From an uncultured Clostridia bacterium (GTDB lineage: Bacteria > Bacillota > Clostridia > TANB77 > CAG-508), in NCBI GenBank assembly GCA_944386665.1, contig CALXBZ010000002.1:1-47397 (forward strand): 47,397 nucleotides of DNA, read 5' to 3'. Below, piece by piece: positions 35,117 to 45,262 of the stretch (positions are counted from its first letter, which is position 1; every line of letters starts with the position of its first letter). The position numbers were made by a program, and so were the translations under genes. The notes below the pieces were generated by a model. The model had not been told where the DNA came from, ran no database searches, and worked only from the letters and a program-made list of their open reading frames with translations.

Positions 35117-35974
35117 TTAATTTATTATATTATTTTGCAATTTGGTTGCTTTAATTACATTATTCATAAGCATTGCTATAGTCATTGGTCCAACTCCTCC
35201 TGGAACTGGTGTGATGTATGATGCTTTCTCTTTTACTTTTTCAAAATCGACATCTCCTACTAATTTTCCTTTGTCATTTTTGTTCATTCCAACATCTATT
35301 ACAACAGCCCCATCTTTTACCATGTCTGCTGTTACTATATTTATTTTCCCAACTGCGCTTATTAAAATATCTGCTGTTCTAGTTATTTCTTTTATATTTT
35401 TGGTCTTTGAGTGACAAATAGTTACTGTTGCATTTTTATTTAATAAACATTGCATAAGGGGTTTTCCCACTATATTGCTTCTTCCAATGATTACAGCATT
35501 TTTACCTTGAATTTCTATATCACATGCTTCTAACATTTTTATGATTCCATATGGAGTACATGAAATAAAAGTATCTTGCCCTATCATTAGTCTTCCTACA
35601 TTTATAGGATTAAATCCATCAACATCTTTTTCCCATTTTATTCTTTCAAATGCTTCCTGAATATTTAACCCCTTAGGAATTGGACTTTGTAATAATATTC
35701 CATTTATATCTTTTCTATTGTTTAATTCATCTATTATACTTAAAAGTTTTTCCATAGAAGTATTACTATTTAATAAAATTTCTTCGAATTCTACTCCAAC
35801 TTCATTGCAAGCTTTGCTTTTATTTCTTACATAAACCTTTGATGCAGAATCATCCCCCACTAATATTACTGCTAACTTAGGTATTATTCCTTTTTCTTTT
35901 AATTTATCTGCTTCAATCTTTAGTTCTTCTTTGATTCTTTTAGATAATTCTTTTCCATCTATTAATTGATACAT
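35117..35974 (-). CDS. folD: Bifunctional methylenetetrahydrofolate dehydrogenase/cyclohydrolase
   Basis: 285-aa ORF with the FolD pattern (LAVILVGDDSASKVYVRNKSKAC..., GRSNIVGKPL, ITPVPGGVGPMT). Confidence 0.93.
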   Translation of the reverse strand: MYQLIDGKELSKRIKEELKIEADKLKEKGIIPKLAVILVGDDSASKVYVRNKSKACNEVGVEFEEILLNSNTSMEKLLSIIDELNNRKDINGILLQSPIPKGLNIQEAFERIKWEKDVDGFNPINVGRLMIGQDTFISCTPYGIIKMLEACDIEIQGKNAVIIGRSNIVGKPLMQCLLNKNATVTICHSKTKNIKEITRTADILISAVGKINIVTADMVKDGAVVIDVGMNKNDKGKLVGDVDFEKVKEKASYITPVPGGVGPMTIAMLMNNVIKATKLQNNIIN

Positions 35975-35993
35975 ATTTTTCTCCCGTTAACAT

Positions 35994-36884
35994 TTAATCT
36001 ATAATATTAGATATATTTTTTATCCAATTTTCTATATATTTCTTTTCTATTCTTAGATTTTCTTTTCCTGTTCCTATACAGGTATCTGGTTTAGGTATAC
36101 CATGAAAATCTGAGCCACCTGAACAAAACAAATTATATTTATTACATATTTCCACCACTGTTTTTATCTGTTCTTCTGAAAATGTAGAATAATAGCATTC
36201 AATTCCATCTATTTTATATTTTTTTGCTAAATCCTCAACCATTTTTTCTGTATCATCTATTTTATAAATATATGGATGTGCTAGAAATGCTAGTCCATTT
36301 GCATCATGAATTATTTCTAGTAATTCGTCAACCTTTATAAAGTCTTGTTCTTCATCTATATAAAATATACTATTCTTATTGCATTGTGCTCCTCTATAAA
36401 AGTTTGGTTCCATATCCACATGGTGTTTTTCTAAAATTGCCTTATTCTCTGGATGTTTTAATATTTCATTTTGAAATGTTTCTGAAGCATATGCTGTTAC
36501 TTTCTCGTCAATCTTAAGATTTTCATCAAAGTGCAGCCCTATTTGCTTTCCTATTTTCTTTAAATGTTGTAAATATCTGTCTTGTATTTTTGCAATATTT
36601 TTTTCTTTACTATATTCCTGTATCTTCTCTATGTTTATACCATAGCCTAAAATTTCAATCGGCAAATTATGTTCTTTAAAATAGCATTTAAATTCGCACC
36701 CTGGGATAATTTTTCCAGAGAAATATTTTTTTATATTCAAAGTAGCTAGTTCTTTATATGCATCTACTTTATCATGGTCTGTAATAGAAATTACTTCTAG
36801 TTTCTTTTTTTGTGCCTCTTGTAAAATTTCCTGCACAGTACAACTTCCATCAGAATAAATACTATGAATATGTAAATCAATCAT
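35994..36884 (-). CDS. PHP-domain metal-dependent phosphoesterase
   Basis: 296-aa ORF starting MIDLHIHSIYSDGS, with later His/Asp motifs (ITDHD, LAHP, GGSDFHG). Its ATG abuts the thyX stop codon. Confidence 0.8.
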   Translation of the reverse strand: MIDLHIHSIYSDGSCTVQEILQEAQKKKLEVISITDHDKVDAYKELATLNIKKYFSGKIIPGCEFKCYFKEHNLPIEILGYGINIEKIQEYSKEKNIAKIQDRYLQHLKKIGKQIGLHFDENLKIDEKVTAYASETFQNEILKHPENKAILEKHHVDMEPNFYRGAQCNKNSIFYIDEEQDFIKVDELLEIIHDANGLAFLAHPYIYKIDDTEKMVEDLAKKYKIDGIECYYSTFSEEQIKTVVEICNKYNLFCSGGSDFHGIPKPDTCIGTGKENLRIEKKYIENWIKNISNIID

Positions 36885-37556
36885 CTATACCTCTTCCTCC
36901 ACTGTTAACTTAGCATAGTATTCTGGATTAAAGTCTTTATCATATTCTACTTCGTTAAATATTTCTGGCATTTGTTCTTTGAAAAGTAGTAGTAATGGAA
37001 TCAAAACTTGTCTAATTGCTGGATGAACATGATTTGTAGTTCTTAAACTTAATATGTGCTTCCATTCCCTGATATTTGCTGTCATAGTGTATTCTGCTGC
37101 TGTAGAATGTGGTAATATTTCTCTGCACATGTCAGTAGTAGCTCCTAGCTCCTTCATTTTCATATATGTTTTTTCCATTTCCTCTATTCCATGTTTCCAT
37201 GTCTCATAAACTTCTTTATCTTCCATGTATACAGGATTTATAACAGAAATTTCATTTCCATATTTGTTTTTATCGTAACTGCAATATCTTGTTGATTCAA
37301 CAGAAAAGCTAGCAAATCTGTGTCTTGTTAAATCTTTATATGAGCCAATATCACTATAAATTCTAACTGTAATTTTTTCGTGTTCTAGCACTGATTCATG
37401 TCCTCTGTTAAGACAGTTTTTCAATAAGTTTTTATAACTATCTTCAGTTACACTTCCTTCAGAGCGGTAGCATGTTCTGCAAGCTCTTTCTATTCTTTTC
37501 ATTATTTTAACTCCATCAAATTTTTCTACTTTAATCCATGGTTCTACTAATTTCAT
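36885..37556 (-). CDS. thyX: FAD-dependent thymidylate synthase
   Basis: ThyX signature RHRFASFSVESTRY. I prefer the ATG at 37556, since the GGAGG inside the first five track codons sits 8 nt upstream of it. The track start is 37571. Confidence 0.9.
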   Translation of the reverse strand: MKLVEPWIKVEKFDGVKIMKRIERACRTCYRSEGSVTEDSYKNLLKNCLNRGHESVLEHEKITVRIYSDIGSYKDLTRHRFASFSVESTRYCSYDKNKYGNEISVINPVYMEDKEVYETWKHGIEEMEKTYMKMKELGATTDMCREILPHSTAAEYTMTANIREWKHILSLRTTNHVHPAIRQVLIPLLLLFKEQMPEIFNEVEYDKDFNPEYYAKLTVEEEV

Positions 37557-37614
37557 TTTATTTTCCTCCATATTTTGTTTTTTTTAATATATCAAAACAT
37601 ATTTTATTTTTCAA

Positions 37615-38724
37615 CTATAATTTTATTATTTTTTCCCATTGTAAGTCATCTTTTCCAAAATGTCCATAGTTAGTAGTTTTTTCGTATATAGGCTCTTTTA
37701 AATTTAAATATTCTATTATTCCATCTGGAGTTAAATCGAATTTTTCTTTTATTAGTGTAACTAATTCTTCTTCTGATTTTTTACTTGTTCCAAATGTATT
37801 TACACATATTGAAAGTGGTTCTTTAATTCCTATTGCATATGACACTTGTATTTCGCATTTTTTTGCATATTTATTTGCAACTATATTTTTTGCAATGTGA
37901 CGCAACATATATGCAGCAGATCTATCAACCTTGCTTGCATCCTTTCCTGAGAAGGCTCCTCCTCCATGCTTAGCATATCCTCCATATGTATCTACTATGA
38001 TTTTTCTACCTGTTAACCCAGTATCTCCTAATGGTCCACCTACAACGAATCTTCCTGTTGGATTTACATATATCTTTGTATTTTTATCCATCATATTTGA
38101 CGGAATTACAGCTTGTATTACTTTTTCTATAATGTCTTTTCTTACTTGCTCTAAAGTTGCTGTTTCTAAATGTTGAGTAGAAACTAATATGGTTTCAATT
38201 CTTTTTGGTTTATCATCTTCATATTCTACTGTTACTTGTGTTTTTCCATCTGGTCTCAAATATGGTACTATTCCTTCTTTTCTAACCTGTGTTAATCTTT
38301 TAGATAGTTTATGTGCCATATCTATTGCATACGGCATATAGCTCGGTGTTTCATCACAAGCATAGCCAAACATTATTCCTTGGTCACCTGCCCCACCAAC
38401 ATCTACTCCAAGAGCAATATCTGGACTTTGTTTTGTTATGTTTATGTTTATGTTACAAGTTCTATAATCAATGTCTGTTTTTTCGTTGTCATAGCCTATC
38501 TCTTTTAATTTTTCTCTTACTATTTTTTCTACTTCTATTTTTGCATTTGATGTTATTTGTCCCCCTATTGTAATTGTATTACTTGATGCAAAAGTTTCAA
38601 TTGCAACTCTTGAATTTTTGTCTTGTTTTAAGCATTCATCTAATATAGTATCTGATATATTATCACACACTTTGTCTGGATGTCCTTCTGTAACACTTTC
38701 TGACGTAAAATAATAATTTTTCAT
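37615..38724 (-). CDS. metK: S-adenosylmethionine synthase (compact form)
   Basis: 369-aa ORF with [28 protein letters not shown] and [19 protein letters not shown]. The flexible gating loop is shorter than in E. coli MetK. Confidence 0.93.
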   Translation of the reverse strand: MKNYYFTSESVTEGHPDKVCDNISDTILDECLKQDKNSRVAIETFASSNTITIGGQITSNAKIEVEKIVREKLKEIGYDNEKTDIDYRTCNININITKQSPDIALGVDVGGAGDQGIMFGYACDETPSYMPYAIDMAHKLSKRLTQVRKEGIVPYLRPDGKTQVTVEYEDDKPKRIETILVSTQHLETATLEQVRKDIIEKVIQAVIPSNMMDKNTKIYVNPTGRFVVGGPLGDTGLTGRKIIVDTYGGYAKHGGGAFSGKDASKVDRSAAYMLRHIAKNIVANKYAKKCEIQVSYAIGIKEPLSICVNTFGTSKKSEEELVTLIKEKFDLTPDGIIEYLNLKEPIYEKTTNYGHFGKDDLQWEKIIKL

Positions 38725-38837
38725 TTTTTCCTCTTTCTTGTGGCATTTATTATTTTTTATATTTGCTTATTATATCATAGTGTTTTATATCTTTCTATAG
38801 TTTTACACTTTTCTATATTATTTGCACTAATAATAGC

Positions 38838-40061
38838 CTAGTCTCTTAGTTTAATTAATTTATTTATGTTCATTTTACCTGCTCTTGTGATTGCGTCATA
38901 TCCATATTTTTCTTTTATTTTATCTACTACATTATCAACTTTTCTTTGTGTTTCTTTATCAACATTTTTATCTATAAATAAAGATATTTGCATTTCCGCT
39001 TCGTCTGTTAAATTATCTACTCTTAAGCCTAGTAATCGTACCTTTTTATTGGATAATGAATTATATAAGCTACAGAGCAATTCTTTTGCTTCGTTATATA
39101 TGTATTTTGTACTATCTGTTCCTTCTTCCATTTTTTTCTGATGGGTGTATACATCAAATGTACTTGTTTTTATTTGCACGTTAACAACGTTTGCTAGCAT
39201 ATTCTGTTTTCGCAGTCTAAATGATACTTGCTCACAAAGAGCCAGTAATACCTCATTTAATTTTGCAATATCTGATACATCTTGTGGTAATGTTACTGAA
39301 TTTCCTATTCCTTTTGGTTTATCATTATTTACTTGTACTGGACTATTATCTATTCCATTTGCATATTCCCATATTGTTTTTCCTAATTTTCCAAAACGTT
39401 TAATTATATCTTGTTCCCCTCTGTTTGCTAAATCTCCGATTGTTTTTATTCCTATTTTTTGTAATTTAGGTATAGTTTTTCTACCTACCATAATTAAATC
39501 AGAAATTGGAAGTGGCCACATTTTTACTGGAATTTCGTTTTCATATAGTGTATGTATTTTATCTGGCTTTTCAAAATCTGATGCCATTTTAGCTAATAGT
39601 TTATTATGTGCAATTCCTATATTTACAGTAAACCCTAATTTTTCTTTTATTTCTGTACTTATACTTTTAGCTTTTTCTTCTATTTTTTCACCTTTTAATA
39701 TAAAGTGTGTTAAATCTAGGGAACATTCATCTATTGAAACTTGTTCTATTTGATCTGTATATTTTTTAAATATTTCAATCATTTGATTTGAATATCTTTT
39801 ATATATAGTGTAATTACTTGGAAACACTTGAATTTGAGGACATTTTTTTCTAGCCATGTACAATGGTTCCCCCGTTTTTATCCCAAACTGTTTAGCTATA
39901 AAGCTTTTTGCTAATACAATCCCTCTTCTTTCTGCTTCATCTCCACCTATAACAGCAGGTATTGTTCTTATATCTACTTTTTCTCCCTTATTTAGCCTAT
40001 CCACTGCTGTCCAAGATAAAAATGCATTATTAACATCAACATGCAAAATAAAACGTTCCAT
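38838..40061 (-). CDS. dinB: DNA polymerase IV (Y-family)
   Basis: The sequence MERFILHVDVNNAFLSW..., SIDECSLD and a little-finger region identify it. I prefer the ATG at 40061 (GGTGA 5 nt upstream), because the track start at 40106 falls inside the -35 hexamer of the promoter. Confidence 0.9.
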   Translation of the reverse strand: MERFILHVDVNNAFLSWTAVDRLNKGEKVDIRTIPAVIGGDEAERRGIVLAKSFIAKQFGIKTGEPLYMARKKCPQIQVFPSNYTIYKRYSNQMIEIFKKYTDQIEQVSIDECSLDLTHFILKGEKIEEKAKSISTEIKEKLGFTVNIGIAHNKLLAKMASDFEKPDKIHTLYENEIPVKMWPLPISDLIMVGRKTIPKLQKIGIKTIGDLANRGEQDIIKRFGKLGKTIWEYANGIDNSPVQVNNDKPKGIGNSVTLPQDVSDIAKLNEVLLALCEQVSFRLRKQNMLANVVNVQIKTSTFDVYTHQKKMEEGTDSTKYIYNEAKELLCSLYNSLSNKKVRLLGLRVDNLTDEAEMQISLFIDKNVDKETQRKVDNVVDKIKEKYGYDAITRAGKMNINKLIKLRD

Positions 40062-40077
40062 AATAATCACCATCGTT

Positions 40078-40106
40078 ATTATAGAACATTTGTTTCTATA
40101 TGTCAA
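40078..40106 (-). promoter_or_regulatory. Consensus sigma-A promoter of dinB with an SOS (LexA/Cheo-type) box in the spacer
   Basis: The minus strand reads TTGACA (40106-40101), a 17-nt spacer and TATAAT (40083-40078). The spacer contains GAACATTTGTTTC (40084-40096), matching the Firmicute GAAC-N4-GTT(C/T) operator. Confidence 0.7.
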
Positions 40107-40182
40107 CCATATTTATAAAAATCACTTAATTTCTATTTATATCAACTTATTTTCATAATTGTATTTAATATTTGTTTTCCCT

Positions 40183-40992
40183 TTATATATAATGTTGAAC
40201 TATTATAGCTATTTTTCCTTTTCTTGTTTCACCTTCTATGCTGTTTATATAAAATTTACCTTTTCCTCTTATGACTAGTGTGTCTGATTCGTTAATCAAT
40301 TTTGAATTTCTAGTTTCATTTTCATAATTTACAAATACCCTCCCACTTGAAATTATATCACTTGCTGTATTTCTTGAACAATTAGCTAATTCTGAAACTA
40401 TATTATCAAGTCTTAAGGATCGAACTGTAATTCTTATATTCTCTTTTTTTATTTCCGGTTTACGTATTTCTTCTATTTTTAATTCTTCAACTTTTGATTT
40501 ATTAAATCTAGTCAATTGTTGCAAATTATTTAAAATGTATTTGCATATATCCGTGCTTACTACTATATCTGCTCCATCTTCAAATACTAATATATCTCCT
40601 ACTTTTTCTCTTTTGATGCCCAATTTCATTATACCGCTCAAATAATCTTTGTGCGAATATTGACCTTTTAATTCATTTGGAAGTGTAATTCGTATTAATG
40701 TGATTATTTTTGAATAGTCAAATCTATTGTTTTTTATTATTTCTTCATATTTGTCTGGATATATTATTAACATTACTTTGTCTGCCTCTGGATATGCATA
40801 ATAATATGTATAATTTTTTTCTTTTTCTATATTCAAAATTTCTTGACTAATCTTTTTTTGATACATATCTAAAAAGTCTGTATTAACTATTTTATTTCTT
40901 GTTTTTGCAAGATTTAATTTATCTAATATTTTTGCTACAAATAGTTTTTCTTCTTCATTAGCATATCTATCTAAAATCACAGATTTATTCAT
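40183..40992 (-). CDS. ylmH: YlmH-like RNA-binding protein with an S4 domain
   Basis: 269-aa ORF with an N-terminal YlmH-like region (...NTDFLDMYQKKISQEIL...) and a C-terminal S4 motif (LRLDNIVSELANCSRNTASDIISSGRVFVN). Confidence 0.75.
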   Translation of the reverse strand: MNKSVILDRYANEEEKLFVAKILDKLNLAKTRNKIVNTDFLDMYQKKISQEILNIEKEKNYTYYYAYPEADKVMLIIYPDKYEEIIKNNRFDYSKIITLIRITLPNELKGQYSHKDYLSGIMKLGIKREKVGDILVFEDGADIVVSTDICKYILNNLQQLTRFNKSKVEELKIEEIRKPEIKKENIRITVRSLRLDNIVSELANCSRNTASDIISSGRVFVNYENETRNSKLINESDTLVIRGKGKFYINSIEGETRKGKIAIIVQHYI

Positions 40993-41112
40993 ATATATTG
41001 CCCTTTTTGTTATAATTTTCTTGTATTATATAATATCATATACAAATATTTTTTTAAAGACTAGCTTTTTATTTTTATTTGTGTTATTATATATATTGTT
41101 ATTTTAATATAT

Positions 41113-41187
41113 TGGGATGTCGCCAAGCGGTAAGGCCTCGGACTCTGACTCCGATATGCGTGTGTTCGAATCACACCATCCCAACCA
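41113..41187 (+). tRNA. tRNA-Gln (anticodon CUG), CCA encoded
   Basis: The cloverleaf was folded by hand:
- acceptor stem TGGGATG/CATCCCA
- D arm GCC-AAGCGGTAA-GGC (the tRNA-Gln-typical GCCAAGCGGTAAGGC)
- anticodon stem TCGGA/TCCGA with loop CT-CTG-AC
- variable loop TATGC
- T arm GTGTG-TTCGAAT-CACAC
- discriminator A followed by CCA. Confidence 0.9.
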
Positions 41188-41190
41188 TAA

Positions 41191-41231
41191 AAAAGACTAT
41201 GTTTGTAGTTTAATTACTTACATAGTCTTTT
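41191..41231. terminator. Bidirectional terminator between tRNA-Gln (+) and ytfJ (-)
   Basis: AAAAGACTATG (41191-41201) pairs with CATAGTCTTTT (41221-41231). A and T runs lie on the outer flanks. Confidence 0.65.
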
Positions 41232-41251
41232 TATAGTTTTAATGTTATTCA

Positions 41252-41890
41252 TTAGCGATTATCATTGTTATCTTCTATTTCATCATACTCAAACTCATAG
41301 CTTTCTATAGGTTTATGGTATTTAACACTTTTCTTTGGTTTTACTTGGTTTTGAGGATTTAGTTCTTGTGACTTATTAATTCTCTCGTTTATAGCTTGCA
41401 TAGCTTGTTTTCTGTCTTCTCTTTCTTCTTGTCTTTCTTTCTCCTTTATCTTTTTTTCTTGTTCCTTCTCGTCCTTTTTGTTTTGAATCTGTTTGTTAAG
41501 TATTCCATTCACTTTGTCTATTAAATCTGGAACATAATCTAACAGTCTGTCTAAACATGAGTTATGATCGACAGGTAATAATTTTACTGTGTTTGGCTGT
41601 ACCACTAAAAATGCTACTGGAACTATGCTTACTCCTGCTCCTGAACCTCCTCCAAATGGTAATCTGTATTGAACCTGCTCTTCTTTGTCTCTTTTAGTGT
41701 ATTCGTCTAGCGCTTCTCCTTTAAATTCGCTTCCACCTGCCGCAAAACCAAATCCAACTTTAGATATTGGTATAATCACTGTACTATTTGAGGCTTGTAT
41801 TGGTTCTCCAATAATTGTGTTTACATCTATCATGTCTTTTATACTATTCATTGCTGTATTCATTAAATTTTCTATTGGATGTTCTCCCAT
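41252..41890 (-). CDS. ytfJ: Sporulation protein YtfJ/GerW family with a Lys/Glu-rich C-terminal extension
   Basis: The first roughly 135 aa match the family pattern (HPIENLMNTAMNSIKDMIDVNTIIGEPI...VIIPISKVGFGFAAGGSEF...PFGGGSGAGVSIVPVAFLVV). An additional charged tail of about 70 aa follows. Confidence 0.85.
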   Translation of the reverse strand: MGEHPIENLMNTAMNSIKDMIDVNTIIGEPIQASNSTVIIPISKVGFGFAAGGSEFKGEALDEYTKRDKEEQVQYRLPFGGGSGAGVSIVPVAFLVVQPNTVKLLPVDHNSCLDRLLDYVPDLIDKVNGILNKQIQNKKDEKEQEKKIKEKERQEEREDRKQAMQAINERINKSQELNPQNQVKPKKSVKYHKPIESYEFEYDEIEDNNDNR

Positions 41891-41923
41891 ATAATCACTT
41901 CTTTCTTTTATTATAGTTATATT

Positions 41924-41953
41924 TAATATGTACCATTTTTTCTTTTTTTATAC
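41924..41953 (-). promoter_or_regulatory. Forespore-type (SigG/SigF-like) promoter upstream of ytfJ
   Basis: The minus strand reads GTATA (41953-41949), an 18-nt spacer and CATATTA (41930-41924). This fits the GHATR-N17/18-CATNHTA consensus and lies about 35 nt upstream of the start codon. Confidence 0.45.
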
Positions 41954-42055
41954 AGCTTTGGCATTATTTTGATTATATAGTTTCACGACTTTCATTATTG
42001 TTCTTTTTATTTTTCACTTTTTTATTTTTATATTATTATAAAATAGTAAAAGCAC

Positions 42056-42751
42056 TTAGTAAGTGCTTTTAACAACCGACATATTTTCTTTTTTCGTTTC
42101 CTCTTTGTATCTGTTTCTTTTATTGTTTAATTTTGCTAGTCTTATTAATACTAATAAGATGTGTATTATATTTTTAATTTTTATACTAAATTTACAATTA
42201 AGTTCTAATATATATATATTCCTATTTTGATATATTGGTTGTACTTTATAATTGATTTTTTCTGGCAGTTCTTTTATTATATGTGGCAAAATATTTGATA
42301 TTATTATAGCAATAAATGCTACAGTGTATGACGTTATTATTGGATTTTCCGTTCCTACTAATAATTCTGCTTGCAATTCTTGTATATTTATTTTTGCATA
42401 GTGAAAAATTTCTGAAATTTTTTTATCCTTGATTATTGTTTTTGCAGTGTCTTTAAATATTTTTTCAACTTTTTTCTTAATTTGGATGTTTTTATCTTCT
42501 ATCTTTTTTATTTTATCATATATTCTAGTTATTTTTTCTTTCTTTATTTTAAATTTTAACCAACTATATTTTCCTATTTTGAGCAATATACAAATTACTA
42601 ATTTGTTGTTATTTTGCTTCTTATCCATACTATTCATGTATAAATTTTTAACGTTTATCTCTATTTTCGAAAAATATGTAATAAATATTACTGTAAGTAC
42701 TAAAATAATTATTGCTAATATTATATAAAAAACTAACATCATAGTTCTCAC
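42056..42751 (-). CDS. YtfI-like (DUF2953-type) sporulation membrane protein
   Basis: 231-aa ORF with an N-terminal TM segment, lying immediately upstream of ytfJ as in the B. subtilis ytfI-ytfJ arrangement. The assignment rests mostly on context and architecture. Confidence 0.5.
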   Translation of the reverse strand: MRTMMLVFYIILAIIILVLTVIFITYFSKIEINVKNLYMNSMDKKQNNNKLVICILLKIGKYSWLKFKIKKEKITRIYDKIKKIEDKNIQIKKKVEKIFKDTAKTIIKDKKISEIFHYAKINIQELQAELLVGTENPIITSYTVAFIAIIISNILPHIIKELPEKINYKVQPIYQNRNIYILELNCKFSIKIKNIIHILLVLIRLAKLNNKRNRYKEETKKENMSVVKSTY

Positions 42752-42824
42752 CTCAACTCTGATATTAGTTTTCCCATTTATTTCTATTTTAAACTTTCAT
42801 AATTTGCTTCTTACTCTGTTTTTA

Positions 42825-43583
42825 TTATTGCTTTATACCATTACTCTTTTCTACTGAAATGTCTCCAAATAGGTTTTCTTGGCTAGTAATTATTTTACTT
42901 CTTCTAGATAATTCTAGTAATCCTGAAAAAGCCGTTATTACTTCTTCTTTTTCACATTTATTTAATGAGAATAATGTATTAAAAATAAACCTTGGTTTAT
43001 TAACAAGTTCTCTTAAAATTTCTTTTACTTTACTTGCAACAGTATATTTGTCTGTAATAGCTATCTTCTTAATATTTTTTGCATTTTCATTAACTTTTTC
43101 GTCATTCATTCTTACTATATTTTCGTATGCAGTTATAATAGATAGTTTATCATATTCTTTTTCTAATTTTTGTTTTGGTAATTTTATTTGGTCAGGAACT
43201 TTATAGAATCTAGTTGCATTGCTGTCGTACATTATTCTTAATGTTTTTGTTATTTCTTTGTATTTTTTATATTCTATAATTCTTCTTAAAAGTTCTTCTT
43301 CTGATATTTCCTCTTCTTCTTCATTATCTTTTGGAAGTAAACTTTTAGATTTTAAATATATTAGAGTTGATGCCATAATTAGAAATTCACTTGTTACTTC
43401 TAAATTCATTTCTTCCATTTTATTAATATAATCAATATATTGGTCTGTAATTTCACTTAATCTTATATCATTTATATTCATTTTATTCTTATCTATTAAA
43501 TGACATAGTAAATCTAAAGGTCCTTCAAAGTTTTCTATTTTTATTGCATATTTATTTGTTTCCAGTGTTAATACATTTTGCAT
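42825..43583 (-). CDS. scpA: Segregation and condensation protein A
   Basis: 252-aa ORF whose N-terminus ...IKIENFEGPLDLLCHLIDKNKMNINDIRLSEITDQYIDYI is the ScpA hallmark. Confidence 0.88.
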   Translation of the reverse strand: MQNVLTLETNKYAIKIENFEGPLDLLCHLIDKNKMNINDIRLSEITDQYIDYINKMEEMNLEVTSEFLIMASTLIYLKSKSLLPKDNEEEEEISEEELLRRIIEYKKYKEITKTLRIMYDSNATRFYKVPDQIKLPKQKLEKEYDKLSIITAYENIVRMNDEKVNENAKNIKKIAITDKYTVASKVKEILRELVNKPRFIFNTLFSLNKCEKEEVITAFSGLLELSRRSKIITSQENLFGDISVEKSNGIKQ

Positions 43584-43651
43584 TATATTGTAAATCCTTT
43601 CTCATGACTAATCGTTAAAAATTTGCGTTTTATTATTTAATATTTTTATAA

Positions 43652-44107
43652 TTAGTTTTCATCTAATAGCTCTATAGCCTGTCTTATGTTTTTGGTTTTA
43701 TAGCCTTTTTTCATTAGAAACTGAATTATAGATTCTTCTTCCATTGTGCTTTGTTTTTTTATTATTATCATTTTTGCAGATTTTATTTCGTATTCTTCCA
43801 TCTCTTCTGCATGTTCGTTGATATAGTCTTCTATTAAATCGTTTGAAATTCCTTTTGATGCCAATTTATATCTTACTTCTTTTAGTGATAAGTTATTTAA
43901 GGCTACAAATTCATTTATTGTTCTTTCTATATAGTTTCTGTCATTTATGTAGCCATTTTCTTCTAACTCATCTATTATCTCATTTAACATTTCATCTTCT
44001 ATAGAATTATAAAATTTATTTTTTATTTCTTGTTTGCTTCTTTTTTTATATAAGACATATCTCAATACTTTTGATTTTTCCTTATCGTATTCTTCTATTG
44101 TATACAT
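43652..44107 (-). CDS. recX: Recombination regulator RecX
   Basis: 151-aa helical-repeat ORF directly downstream of recA, with the RecX-like pattern (...LRYVLYKKRSKQEIKNKF...). Confidence 0.8.
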   Translation of the reverse strand: MYTIEEYDKEKSKVLRYVLYKKRSKQEIKNKFYNSIEDEMLNEIIDELEENGYINDRNYIERTINEFVALNNLSLKEVRYKLASKGISNDLIEDYINEHAEEMEEYEIKSAKMIIIKKQSTMEEESIIQFLMKKGYKTKNIRQAIELLDEN

Positions 44108-44150
44108 TTATATCTCCTATAGTTTTTTATTGACTGTTATAAATTTTTTA

Positions 44151-45218
44151 TTATTCATCATCTGTTGGCTCTGTATCTTGTTCTTCGTCTATTTCTTCTT
44201 CATCGCTTAAACTTTTTTCAAATGCTTCGTTGAATTTGGCTCTTACTTTCTTTTCCACATCGGCCATAATCTCTGGGTTTTCTTCTAGGTATTTTTTTGC
44301 ATTTTCTCTACCTTGTCCTATTCTTGTTCCTTCATATGCAAACCAAGAACCACTCTTTTCTACAATATCCAAGTTTACTCCTAAATCTAATATGTTACCT
44401 GATTTAGATATACCTTTTCCATATATTATATCAAATTCTGCCTCTCTAAATGGTGGAGCTACTTTGTTTTTAACAACTTTAACTCTAACTCTATTTCCAA
44501 ATACTTCACCATCTTGTTTTAGGTTTTCTACTTTTCTTATGTCTAATCTAACAGAAGCATAGAATTTTAGTGCTCTTCCTCCTGGCGTTGTTTCTGGATT
44601 ACCAAACATTATTCCAACTTTTTCTCTTAATTGGTTAATAAATACGATTGCTGTATTTGATTTATTAAGTACTCCTGCCAATTTTCTTAAAGCTTGAGAC
44701 ATAAGTCTTGCTTGAAGTCCAACATGCGAATCTCCCATATCTCCATCAATTTCTGCCTTTGGAACTAATGCAGCAACAGAGTCTACAACTATAATATCTA
44801 TAGCGCCGCTTCTAACTAATGCCTCTGCTATTTCTAATGCTTGTTCCCCGGTATCTGGTTGTGAAACTATTAAATTATCTATATCAACACCCAAATGTTT
44901 TGCATAAACAGGATCTAATGCATGTTCAGCATCTATGAAAGCTGCTTCTCCGCCTTTTTTCTGGCATTCAGCAATCATGTGTAATGCAAGTGTTGTTTTT
45001 CCTGAAGATTCTGGTCCAAATATTTCTACAATTCTTCCCTTAGGAATTCCTCCAATACCTAAAGCAACATCAAGGCTCAATGCTCCTGTTGGCACAGCTT
45101 CCACATTCATTGCTGTAAAATCTCCTAATTTCATTACAGAGCCTTTTCCAAATTGTTTTTCTATCTGTCCTAGAGCAGATTCAAGTGCTTTTTTCTTTTC
45201 ATTGTTTACTATACTCAT
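44151..45218 (-). CDS. recA: Recombinase RecA
   Basis: 355-aa ORF with Walker A ([13 protein letters not shown]) and canonical RecA sequence throughout, plus an acidic C-terminal tail. Confidence 0.97.
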   Translation of the reverse strand: MSIVNNEKKKALESALGQIEKQFGKGSVMKLGDFTAMNVEAVPTGALSLDVALGIGGIPKGRIVEIFGPESSGKTTLALHMIAECQKKGGEAAFIDAEHALDPVYAKHLGVDIDNLIVSQPDTGEQALEIAEALVRSGAIDIIVVDSVAALVPKAEIDGDMGDSHVGLQARLMSQALRKLAGVLNKSNTAIVFINQLREKVGIMFGNPETTPGGRALKFYASVRLDIRKVENLKQDGEVFGNRVRVKVVKNKVAPPFREAEFDIIYGKGISKSGNILDLGVNLDIVEKSGSWFAYEGTRIGQGRENAKKYLEENPEIMADVEKKVRAKFNEAFEKSLSDEEEIDEEQDTEPTDDE

Positions 45219-45262
45219 AATTTTCCTCCTGATTTTTTATTATATTTGACGATTAATTCATT

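Noticed and set aside
41113-41187. tRNA-Gln as a possible decoder or suppressor for the CGG sites.
   Set aside because: The anticodon loop is a normal 7-nt CU-CUG-AC, so it reads CAG. Nothing in the fold suggests CGG or quadruplet reading.
42056-43583. scpA is not followed by scpB; a ytfI-like gene and ytfJ follow instead.
   Set aside because: Gene order for scpAB varies among Firmicutes and scpB may be elsewhere. This cannot be called an anomaly from one window.
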